DNA of 64,000 nucleotides from Escherichia coli (GTDB lineage Bacteria; Pseudomonadota; Gammaproteobacteria; Enterobacterales; Enterobacteriaceae): NCBI RefSeq assembly GCF_016903815.1, contig NZ_CP069973.1; one strand, 5' to 3'. Shown piece by piece: positions 55,998 to 64,000 of this stretch (position 1 is its first letter; each line of letters starts with the position of its first letter). The notes under the pieces were generated by a model. It saw only the letters and a program-made list of their open reading frames with translations, ran no database searches and was not told where the DNA came from. The position numbers and the translations under genes were made by a program.

Positions 55998-56864
55998 AAC
56001 CACCTCCCATAAAACATGCATTATAAATGCACCTTTTTGAGGGTTATGTCAAGCTGTTATGAAACACATAATTGATATGTTGATTAGAGGAGAAGATAGA
56101 ATCAATATGGTTGTTTTTCGTATAACTATTTGTTTTACTTTTAGTTTGTGCATTCTGTGTGTTAGGAATAACTTATTAAAGTTTAACTAAAAAATCTCGA
56201 TATAGTCCGCATAGATTACTGTTACTGAATCTTATTGTGTGCATTAGTTGTGTTCTGAAATTTCAATTTAATTACTTATGATATATTTTTAACGATAAAT
56301 GTTTTCCGGGTTAAAGACAGTGGGGGATGAGATAAGCAATATATCATTAATCTTGATTATTTCCAGGATGCCTTTACTGTGCATATAAATAAATCATATA
56401 CGCATCAAATAATGTAAAGGCATCCTTTTAGATATATCTTATCAAATGTTAATGATTTGAGTGGGAAACATGATTCCAGAAACTAATCATGCGGCTACTT
56501 TATAAAAATAATGCCCATATAAAACAGCCAGCGAAAAGGATTACGGATAAAAAAGGAGCGAGATGTGCATAGTTGTTATTTTCCATGTTTAACCACCTTA
56601 AATAATTGATGATGACGGGATGTGCATCTGTAATGCTTTTGTTGAAATGTTATGATAAAAAAGAACTTTTTCATAACATTAAAATGTAATTTATCTAATC
56701 GTTTTTAATAATAAGTGTTGTATTTCTATCCTTGTATCAGCTATTTGATATGTAGTGTTTGTTCATGTTATGTGGAGCTTTACACCATAGCCAGTTTATT
56801 TATACTTTATTCGTCAGCCTGAACAACTGGCATCTGCTGCACTGCGCCATCGAGAGATTGAGAA

Positions 56865-57464
56865 ATGGCGCATATACAACTGGTCAAACAAACCTCTTCT
56901 GGACTACTTCTCCCGGCGACGCCGGAGAGTTGCGATTTTTTGCATCAAATCAAAATAGGCGAGTGGATACACGCAGACTTTAAGCGTGTGCGTAACTACG
57001 CATTCCACAAGCGTTTTTTCAAACTCCTGCAACTGGGATTCGATTACTGGACTCCGGTCGGTGGGGCGATCACGCCTCGCGAACGAAAGCTGGTTTCAGG
57101 ATTCGTTGATTACCTATGTGAATCAGTAGGCCGGGAACATACGCCAGCTCTGAGCGAAGCCGCAGAGCAATATCTGAATACAGTTGCGACACGCAGAACC
57201 CGGGATACGGCATTGCTAAAGTCGTTTGAGGCTTTCCGCGAGTGGGTAACCATTCAGGCCGGATTTTACACCGAGCATCTTTATCCTGATGGTAGCCATG
57301 GGCGTCGGGCGAAATCCATCGCTTTTGCGAATATGGACGAAACCGAGTTTCAGCAGGTTTATAAATCTGTTCTGAATGTGCTGTGGAACTGGATTCTGTT
57401 CCGTAAATTTTCCTCTCCGGAACAAGTCGAAAATGTGACCGCGCAGCTGCTGGAGTTTGCGTAA
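56865..57464 (+). CDS. Phage nin-region protein of unknown function (199 aa)
   Basis: ORF directly upstream of and coupled to the ybcO-like gene. Confidence 0.5.
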   Translation: MAHIQLVKQTSSGLLLPATPESCDFLHQIKIGEWIHADFKRVRNYAFHKRFFKLLQLGFDYWTPVGGAITPRERKLVSGFVDYLCESVGREHTPALSEAAEQYLNTVATRRTRDTALLKSFEAFREWVTIQAGFYTEHLYPDGSHGRRAKSIAFANMDETEFQQVYKSVLNVLWNWILFRKFSSPEQVENVTAQLLEFA

Positions 57465-57754
57465 TGGTGGATTTACGTAAAGCGGCGCGGGGGCAGATGT
57501 GCACCGTCAGAATTCCTGGCTACTGCAATCACGATCCGGAAACGTCTGTGCTGGCGCATTACCGACTGGCGGGAACGTGCGGAACAGCGACAAAACCACA
57601 CGATATGCAGGCGGCGATTGCCTGTAGCTCATGCCACGATCTAATCGACGGGCGGGTAAAAACCAGCGATTACACCAAAGAAGAATTACGCCTGATGCAT
57701 GCAGAAGGTGTTTTTCGCACACAAGAAATCTGGAGAAAGGAGGGATATTTGTGA
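57464..57754 (+). CDS. YbcO-like putative nuclease (DUF1364, Cys-rich)
   Basis: 96 aa; close match to DLP12 YbcO. Confidence 0.75.
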   Translation: MVDLRKAARGQMCTVRIPGYCNHDPETSVLAHYRLAGTCGTATKPHDMQAAIACSSCHDLIDGRVKTSDYTKEELRLMHAEGVFRTQEIWRKEGYL

Positions 57755-58293
57755 TTTACCCAACGAATACAGGAAAAAGCGGAGAACACCTTCGTCTCGC
57801 CACGCTGGAAAGTGTCTGGATTCAGGGCAAACTGCGTATGTGGGGGCGCTGGTCGTATATTGGCGGTGGCAGGTCAGGAAATATGTTCAATCAGTTGTTG
57901 GCATCCAAAAAATTGACGAAAACAGCCATCAATGAAGCCCTGCGCAGAATGAAAAAAGCGGGAATAGAGAAAGCTGAGCTGGAAGCGTTTTTGCGAGAGA
58001 TGATCAACGGCAAGCAAAAGAGCTGGCTGGCGCATTGTACTGATGCAGAGGCGTTATGTATTGATCGAGTCATAAGTGAGGTGCTGGCAGAGCATCCTGG
58101 ATTGATTAGTGTCCTCCGGCAACGGTATGAAGGACGGGGGATGACTAAGCGCAAAATGGCTGAATTGCTAAATGATGCACATCCTGAGTGGTGTTTTAGC
58201 ACATGCGAAAAGCGAATTGCTAATTGGTTGGCTGTTGCTGAGTATGCCCTATATATTCCCATGCGAGAATCATTTGCTCAAAAAATAGCTTGA
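57751..58293 (+). CDS. Putative late-gene antiterminator (Q-like) by position
   Basis: 180 aa from GTG at 57751 overlapping ybcO-like stop; sits between nin genes and lysis cassette; no sequence-level match recalled. Confidence 0.4.
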   Translation: MIYPTNTGKSGEHLRLATLESVWIQGKLRMWGRWSYIGGGRSGNMFNQLLASKKLTKTAINEALRRMKKAGIEKAELEAFLREMINGKQKSWLAHCTDAEALCIDRVISEVLAEHPGLISVLRQRYEGRGMTKRKMAELLNDAHPEWCFSTCEKRIANWLAVAEYALYIPMRESFAQKIA

Positions 58294-58378
58294 TTTTTTA
58301 CGCATAAACTGCTTCAATTCCGGTATGCTTCGCAAAGCTGTATCGCGAGGCGAACCAAGCGCATGAACTTTACCAGAA

Positions 58379-58405
58379 CCCGCCATTGAGCGGGTTTTGT
58401 TGTTT
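58379..58405 (+). terminator. Rho-independent terminator downstream of the Q-like gene
   Basis: CCCGC-CATTGA-GCGGG followed by TTTTGTTGTTT. Confidence 0.6.
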
Positions 58406-58514
58406 CTGGTACTGGTGAACCTGATGTTTCATTTCTGGAGCGCGATTCCTGGCGGAATACCTAGAATCGAGACATTCTGGTAAAATTGTTTTCAGTACAG
58501 GATGTGGAGGTGAG

Positions 58515-59084
58515 ATGAGAGAACTACCTAAAGATTATTTTTTAGGAGTAGATGATGAGCTCGTCGATTATCTTGAAAAACAAGGGGAAGAGACGATACG
58601 AGAGATTCATCTTTCTAACAAAACCAATGTTGAGAATGGATACAAACTTCTGAACATTCAGATTGTTGGAATTGGTTCATCTTTTTTATTGCTGACACAG
58701 AAAACTAATTTCGATTTTCTCACCGCCGGAATTACCACATTTACATTACTATGGACATGGTGCGCCATTTACTTGGTATGTACTGGTTTATCTGTGAAGG
58801 TTAGGGGCCTGATCAATGCCCCTCCTGATCATCTATATCATGAAAAATATAAGGATATGGAGCCCTCGAGCTTTAAAATATTCGCTGATGCAGGATATTT
58901 AGGACCTGATAAGTTATTGCCGCTTATACGAAGGTATCGCCTTGTTGACTTGAGTGATACAGCAAGAGAGTTACTGTTGGAAAATGAGAAAATCCGCACG
59001 AGTCTCGATAAAGCAAGGATGTATACCATCCTTGCTCCGGTAGCGGCGATGTTTATCTCGGCTGTTTTTTTATATGTTCAATGA
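58515..59084 (+). CDS. Low-GC membrane protein of unknown function (189 aa), moron candidate
   Basis: GGAGGTGA SD; three predicted TM segments; about 38-40% GC. Confidence 0.6.
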   Translation: MRELPKDYFLGVDDELVDYLEKQGEETIREIHLSNKTNVENGYKLLNIQIVGIGSSFLLLTQKTNFDFLTAGITTFTLLWTWCAIYLVCTGLSVKVRGLINAPPDHLYHEKYKDMEPSSFKIFADAGYLGPDKLLPLIRRYRLVDLSDTARELLLENEKIRTSLDKARMYTILAPVAAMFISAVFLYVQ

Positions 59085-59214
59085 CTGAGTCGGCAGAATC
59101 TCCAACAAAAACACGACGTGTAGCAAAGTCTGTAGTACTTTGTGTTGGAGTTGGTTTTGGTGCCACGGGTTGCTGAGGTTTATTTTCACCTTGTGGTTTG
59201 TTTTTTTCAGACAT
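59053..59214 (-). CDS. Small Pro/Gln-rich ORF (53 aa) convergent with and overlapping the membrane-protein gene
   Basis: AAGAGGA SD; MSEKNKPQGENKPQQPVAPKPTPTQSTTDFATRRVFVGDSADSVIEHIKKQPR. Confidence 0.4.
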   Translation of the reverse strand: MSEKNKPQGENKPQQPVAPKPTPTQSTTDFATRRVFVGDSADSVIEHIKKQPR

Positions 59215-59307
59215 AAAAATCCTCTTTGTTTGAATTGTTACTTTTGGCGATTTAACGATATCAAACACGAGTATATACCGCCAGAAGCTTAATCTGGCAC
59301 TCCATCT

Positions 59308-59333
59308 GGCCCCGGCATGTCCCGGGGCTTTTT
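59308..59333 (+). terminator. Strong rho-independent terminator before the lysis cassette (tR'-like)
   Basis: GGCCCCGG-CATGT-CCCGGGGC followed by TTTTTCGTTGTT. Confidence 0.7.
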
Positions 59334-59422
59334 CGTTGTTAGGCTCTGGAAACATCCTCGACTTCTTGTTAGCAAGCCTGAGAGCCTGAATCTTACACTT
59401 AGCACCATCCGAACTCTCGGAG

Positions 59423-59773
59423 GTGAGGCTTATGAAAATGCACAATGCCCCTCATTCCTGGCCTGACTTACTGGAACTCTTACAAAGTTGGTGGCGTGGA
59501 GATACGCCGCTGGGTGCAGTGGTTATGTCAATTATTATGGCTGGTTTGCGCATTGCCTATTTTGGCGGTGGCGGCGGCTGGAAACGAAAAACGCTTGAGA
59601 TTCTGCTTTGTGGTGCTCTGACGCTGACCTTTGCATCCGCGCTTGAGTATGTCGGATGGCCTAAATCACTTTCTGTTGCCATTGGTGGTGGGGTGGGGCT
59701 GATTGGTGTTGATGCTATTCGTGGTGCGGCAATGAGGGTCATCGGTAACAAGTTCGGTGCCCATAAGGAGTAA
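59423..59773 (+). CDS. Lambda S-like class I holin
   Basis: 116 aa ORF; M-R-L-M-K-M dual-start motif; three TM segments; directly upstream of R-like endolysin. Confidence 0.8.
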   Translation: MRLMKMHNAPHSWPDLLELLQSWWRGDTPLGAVVMSIIMAGLRIAYFGGGGGWKRKTLEILLCGALTLTFASALEYVGWPKSLSVAIGGGVGLIGVDAIRGAAMRVIGNKFGAHKE

Positions 59774-59776
59774 TTA

Positions 59777-60253
59777 ATGCAGACACTTAATTCCCAGCGT
59801 AAAGCTTTCCTTGATATGGTGGCATGGTCAGAAGGAACAGATAACGGACGGCAGAAAACCAGAAATCACGGTTATGATGTTATTGTCGGTGGCGAACTGT
59901 TCACTGATTACTCCGATCACCCCCGCAAACTTGTCACGCTAAATCCGAAACTCAAATCAACAGCCGCTGGACGTTACCAGCTTCTTTCACGCTGGTGGGA
60001 TGCCTACCGCAAGCAACTTGGCCTGAAAGATTTTTCTCCAGAAAGTCAGGATGCTGTAGCGCTGCAGCAGATTAAAGAGCGTGGCGCTTTGCCGATGATT
60101 GATCGCGGTGATATCCGTCAGACTATCGACCGTTGCAGCAATATATGGGCTTCACTGCCGGGCGCTGGTTATGGTCAGTTCGAGCATAAGGCTGACAGTC
60201 TGATTGCAAAATTCAAAGAAGCTGGCGGAACGGTCAGAGAGATTGAGGTATGA
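59777..60253 (+). CDS. Lambda R-like endolysin (lytic transglycosylase)
   Basis: 158 aa; near identical to remembered lambda R ([31 protein letters not shown]). Confidence 0.95.
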   Translation: MQTLNSQRKAFLDMVAWSEGTDNGRQKTRNHGYDVIVGGELFTDYSDHPRKLVTLNPKLKSTAAGRYQLLSRWWDAYRKQLGLKDFSPESQDAVALQQIKERGALPMIDRGDIRQTIDRCSNIWASLPGAGYGQFEHKADSLIAKFKEAGGTVREIEV

Positions 60254-60714
60254 GCAGAGTAACCGCGATTATCTCCGCTCTGGTTATCTGCATCGTCGTC
60301 TGCCTGTCATGGGGTGTTAATCATTACCGTGATAACGCCATCGCCTACAAAGAACAGCGCGACAAAAATGCCAGAGAACTGAAGCTGGCGAACGCGGCAA
60401 TTACTGACATGCAGATGCGTCAGCGTGATGTTGCTGCGCTCGATGCAAAATACACGAAGGAGTTAGCTGATGCGAAAGCTGAAAATGATGCTCTGCGTGA
60501 TGATGTTGCCGCTGGTCGTCGTCGGTTGCACATCAAAGCAGTCTGTCAGTCAGTGCGTGAAGCCACCACCGCCTCCGGCGTGGATAATGCAGCCTCCCCC
60601 CGACTGGCAGACACCGCTGAACGGGATTATTTCACCCTCCGGGAACGACTGGTAATGATGCAGGCCCAACTTGAAGGTGCTCAGCAATACATAACCGAGC
60701 AGTGTTTAAAGTAA
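60250..60714 (+). CDS. rzpR: Spanin inner-membrane subunit Rz; intact counterpart of the K-12 rzpR pseudogene
   Basis: 154 aa; N-terminal TM; matches lambda Rz. Confidence 0.9.
   Translation: MSRVTAIISALVICIVVCLSWGVNHYRDNAIAYKEQRDKNARELKLANAAITDMQMRQRDVAALDAKYTKELADAKAENDALRDDVAAGRRRLHIKAVCQSVREATTASGVDNAASPRLADTAERDYFTLRERLVMMQAQLEGAQQYITEQCLK
60470..60655 (+). CDS. rzoR: Spanin outer-membrane lipoprotein Rz1, embedded in Rz
   Basis: 61 aa; lipobox LVVVGC; Pro-rich; +1 frame inside Rz. Confidence 0.9.
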   Translation: MRKLKMMLCVMMLPLVVVGCTSKQSVSQCVKPPPPPAWIMQPPPDWQTPLNGIISPSGNDW

Positions 60715-60851
60715 AATCTTAACTACAATATGATTCATTTTGATGATTGTTTCATAAGGAACAGTGAAGTAAGATCTAAGAGGAGTTAAATTTTATACAG
60801 TATAATCATAATATTGCAGCAAGGTGGTTATAATTGAAAGAATATTTAGAT

Positions 60852-62309
60852 ATGAATACATCTCATGTAAGAGTTGTTACTCATATGTGTGGGTTCCTGG
60901 TTTGGCTCTATAGTCTTTCAATGTTGCCACCAATGGTTGTAGCATTGTTTTATAAAGAAAAAAGCCTGTTCGTTTTCTTTATAACTTTCGTTATATTTTT
61001 TTGCATTGGTGGCGGAGCGTGGTATACAACTAAGAAATCTGGCATTCAATTACGTACCCGTGATGGGTTTATTATAATTGTAATGTTTTGGATTTTGTTT
61101 TCTGTTATTAGTGCATTCCCTTTATGGATTGACTCAGAACTTAATTTAACGTTCATTGATGCTCTGTTTGAAGGGGTTTCTGGAATAACAACAACAGGAG
61201 CAACTGTAATTGATGATGTTAGTTCATTACCTCGGGCATATTTGTACTATCGGTCACAGTTAAATTTTATAGGTGGTTTAGGAGTTATTGTTCTGGCGGT
61301 TGCTGTATTGCCATTATTGGGTATTGGTGGTGCAAAGCTTTATCAGTCAGAAATGCCGGGGCCATTTAAGGATGACAAACTCACTCCCCGCCTGGCCGAT
61401 ACGTCACGGACACTGTGGATAACTTATTCTTTATTAGGTATTGCTTGTATTGTCTGTTATAGACTTGCAGGAATGCCTTTGTTTGATGCTATTTGTCACG
61501 GGATTTCCACAGTTTCGCTTGGTGGTTTCTCAACTCATAGCGAGAGTATCGGATATTTTAATAACTATTTGGTTGAGCTGGTGGCTGGTTCTTTTTCCCT
61601 GCTATCGGCTTTCAACTTCACTCTTTGGTATATTGTTATTAGCAGGAAAACGATAAAACCTTTAATCAGAGATATTGAACTTCGTTTCTTTCTGTTAATA
61701 GCCTTAGGGGTGATCATTGTTACCTCTTTCCAGGTCTGGCATATAGGTATGTATGACTTGCATGGAAGTTTTATTCATTCGTTTTTTCTTGCCAGCTCCA
61801 TGCTCACTGATAATGGTTTAGCTACGCAGGATTATGCAAGTTGGCCCACGCACACGATAGTGTTTTTGCTGTTGTCAAGTTTCTTTGGGGGATGTATAGG
61901 TTCAACTTGTGGTGGAATTAAGTCACTTCGATTTCTTATACTTTTCAAACAAAGCAAACACGAGATAAATCAGCTTTCTCATCCCAGAGCGTTGTTGAGT
62001 GTAAATGTAGGAGGGAAGATAGTTACAGATCGTGTAATGAGGTCTGTATGGAGTTTCTTTTTTCTTTATACTCTCTTCACGGTGTTTTTTATACTGGTGT
62101 TAAATGGTATGGGATATGATTTTCTTACATCATTTGCAACAGTGGCTGCATGTATTAATAATATGGGATTAGGTTTTGGGGCTACTGCATCGTCATTCGG
62201 AGTGCTTAATGACATTGCAAAATGTTTAATGTGCATAGCTATGATTCTTGGTCGCCTTGAAATTTATCCTGTTATTATATTGTTTTCAGGTTTTTTTTGG
62301 CGCTCCTAA
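60852..62309 (+). CDS. trkG: Trk-system potassium uptake protein TrkG
   Basis: 485 aa from MNTSHVRVV within ORF 60834-62309; low GC. Confidence 0.9.
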   Translation: MNTSHVRVVTHMCGFLVWLYSLSMLPPMVVALFYKEKSLFVFFITFVIFFCIGGGAWYTTKKSGIQLRTRDGFIIIVMFWILFSVISAFPLWIDSELNLTFIDALFEGVSGITTTGATVIDDVSSLPRAYLYYRSQLNFIGGLGVIVLAVAVLPLLGIGGAKLYQSEMPGPFKDDKLTPRLADTSRTLWITYSLLGIACIVCYRLAGMPLFDAICHGISTVSLGGFSTHSESIGYFNNYLVELVAGSFSLLSAFNFTLWYIVISRKTIKPLIRDIELRFFLLIALGVIIVTSFQVWHIGMYDLHGSFIHSFFLASSMLTDNGLATQDYASWPTHTIVFLLLSSFFGGCIGSTCGGIKSLRFLILFKQSKHEINQLSHPRALLSVNVGGKIVTDRVMRSVWSFFFLYTLFTVFFILVLNGMGYDFLTSFATVAACINNMGLGFGATASSFGVLNDIAKCLMCIAMILGRLEIYPVIILFSGFFWRS

Positions 62310-62446
62310 TATATGGCTGATTTATAATTGTGAGTTTAATATTATGTTGACTCACTCATTGATCCAATACCTAACTTTACCAGCAACACCTCCGTCCCCA
62401 GTAGCACTGGCTGCTGGGGTGCGTTTTATTCATAAAGCAAGGCTGT

Positions 62447-63238
62447 ATGAGCGAGAAATTAAAGATAGTCTATCGCCCATTACAAGAATTGTCACCGTAT
62501 GCGCACAACGCCAGGACGCACAGTACTGAGCAGGTGGCACAACTGGTAGAAAGTATTAAGCAATTCGGCTGGACTAATCCGGTGCTGATTGACGAAAAGG
62601 GCGAAATTATTGCGGGTCACGGTCGTGTTATGGCGGCTGAAATGCTCAAAATGGATTCTGTTCCGGTCATTGTTCTGTCTGGCCTGACGGATGAGCAGAA
62701 AAAGGCGTACCGCCTGGCAGATAATCGCCTGCCGATGAATGCTGGCTGGGATGAAGATCTGTTGCGGATGGAGCTGTCGGACCTAATCAATGCTGATTTT
62801 GATGTCTCCCTGACAGGCTTCATCCCGACAGAAATTGATGAACTGTTGACGGATGTTTTGCCCGGTACAGGAAATGAGGAGGAGCCGTATACGACGAAAA
62901 TTGATACGCCTGTTTATGAGCCGTCGGGCGGTAAACCGGATATCAGTGAACTGTACGACGATACGAAAACTCAGGAGCTGATCAGCCGGATACGTTCGGC
63001 GTCCCTTGAGCCTGATATTGAGAAATTCCTCCTGTGTGCGGCAGAACGTCACACGGTGTTTAATTTCAGCAGAATTGCGGACTATTACGCTCACGCCCCC
63101 TCTGAAATTCAGTGTTTTTTCGAGGAGTCGGCGCTGGTGATCATTGATTATCAGCAGGCTATTGAAAATGGATTTGTCCGGATGACGCAGCGCATGGTGG
63201 AGATCATGCATGGTGGTGAGGAGGAGGAATATGCGTGA
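62447..63238 (+). CDS. ParB/Srx-fold nuclease-domain protein (263 aa); likely full-length form of K-12 ynaK
   Basis: N-terminal ParB-like motifs (GHGRV); acidic C-terminus; overlaps next gene by 8 nt. Confidence 0.65.
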   Translation: MSEKLKIVYRPLQELSPYAHNARTHSTEQVAQLVESIKQFGWTNPVLIDEKGEIIAGHGRVMAAEMLKMDSVPVIVLSGLTDEQKKAYRLADNRLPMNAGWDEDLLRMELSDLINADFDVSLTGFIPTEIDELLTDVLPGTGNEEEPYTTKIDTPVYEPSGGKPDISELYDDTKTQELISRIRSASLEPDIEKFLLCAAERHTVFNFSRIADYYAHAPSEIQCFFEESALVIIDYQQAIENGFVRMTQRMVEIMHGGEEEEYA

Positions 63239-64000
63239 TGATTTTTGCGCCTTTATTCTGACTCACGGGCGACCGGACAAAGTTCTGACTTACCGGACGT
63301 TGCGTCGTGCTGGCTATACCGGGAAAATTTTTATCGTTGTTGATGATGAAGATAAGACACGGCATCAGTACATGGCTGAATTTGGGGAACAGGTGCTGGT
63401 GTTTTCCAAAGCCGATATCGCCAGTCGTTTTGACGAAGCCGATAATTTCTGTGACCGCCGCTCAATTTTTTACGCCCGTAATGCCTGTTTCGACCTGGCA
63501 AAACTGGTCGGGTGTAAATACTTCATTCAGCTCGATGATGATTATCACGAGTTCCAGTTTCGGGTGGATCGCAACTATGACCAGGCCTATTTTCCGATAA
63601 GGAAACTGGATGCGATCCTTTCTGAAATGCTGGCGTACTACGAATCAATACCTGCTCTTTCCATCGCTATGTCGCAGGGCGGGGATTTTCTTGGTGACAA
63701 TGGCGGCCATGCTTCGTGGGTGAAACGCAAGGCAATGAACAGCTTTATCTGTTCGGTTGAACGACCGTTCTCATTCATGGGGCGCATTAACGAGGATGTG
63801 AATACGTACACGAATCTCGGTCGCTGTGGTGAATTGTTTATGACGATCGGTGCTGTCCAGTTAGGGCAGAAACAGACGCAGAAAAACAGCGGCGGAATGA
63901 CCGAGCTGTATCTGGATTCCGGAACCTACGTTAAAAGTTTTTACTCCGTCATGTATGCGCCGTCGTGCGTAAAAATCTCACTGATGGGTGCCAGCCATAA
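63231..64000 (+). CDS. Uncharacterised protein, 3' end beyond window; possible DxD-type transferase
   Basis: Hand-translated frame open from ATG 63231 to window end; IVVDDED and QLDDDYHE acidic motifs. Confidence 0.5.
   Translation, partial: MRDDFCAFILTHGRPDKVLTYRTLRRAGYTGKIFIVVDDEDKTRHQYMAEFGEQVLVFSKADIASRFDEADNFCDRRSIFYARNACFDLAKLVGCKYFIQLDDDYHEFQFRVDRNYDQAYFPIRKLDAILSEMLAYYESIPALSIAMSQGGDFLGDNGGHASWVKRKAMNSFICSVERPFSFMGRINEDVNTYTNLGRCGELFMTIGAVQLGQKQTQKNSGGMTELYLDSGTYVKSFYSVMYAPSCVKISLMGASH

Larger units (their letters stand above)
41610..64000. mobile_element. Rac-type lambdoid prophage, left end (beside ttcA) to beyond the window
   Basis: Integrase next to ttcA, then recET, kilR, sieB, racR, ydaSTUV, nin-like genes, Q-like gene, lysis cassette, trkG. 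Confidence 0.9.

Noticed and set aside
56759-56983. 74 aa plus-strand ORF entering the nin-region gene
   Set aside because: Out-of-frame overlap with the start of the 199 aa gene; AT-rich, no SD
59053-59445. 130 aa minus-strand ORF across the terminator and holin start
   Set aside because: The long form runs through the tR'-like hairpin and the holin 5' end; only the 53 aa portion from the SD-preceded internal ATG at 59214 is plausible

Overview
This window reads as an Escherichia coli chromosomal segment collinear with the K-12 ycjP-to-Rac region. From memory of the K-12 map (no search was run), it contains: the ycjQRSTUV kojibiose/glucoside cluster, ompG, ycjW, ycjX-ycjF, tyrR, tpx, ycjG-mpaA, ymjC-ycjY, ycjZ, mppA, ynaI, ynaJ, uspE, fnr, ogt, abgTBA-abgR, McaS, smrA, dgcM, zntB, FnrS, dbpA, ttcA, and then a Rac-type lambdoid prophage running to the window end. 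Three things differ from my recollection of K-12: (1) a 3.7 kb AraC-regulator plus EmrA/EmrB-like efflux island between mcaS and smrA; (2) an IS1 with a perfect 9 bp target duplication splitting dgcM; (3) a Rac internal block (about 52.1-60.7 kb) that K-12 has lost, carrying nin-region genes, a KilA-N protein, a hok-like toxin, a YeaR-like gene, a ybcO-like nuclease, a putative Q antiterminator and a lambda-type holin/R/Rz/Rz1 lysis cassette. The most interesting unexplained material is in the prophage: a low-GC membrane-protein moron with a convergent small ORF between Q and the holin, two AT-rich tracts around the hok-like gene, a palindrome cluster marking a probable replication origin in ydaU, and a ParB-like gene pair after trkG. 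No rRNA, tRNA or CRISPR array was seen. All coordinates were counted by hand from the sequence and the ORF track; gene names rest on recalled protein sequences and synteny.
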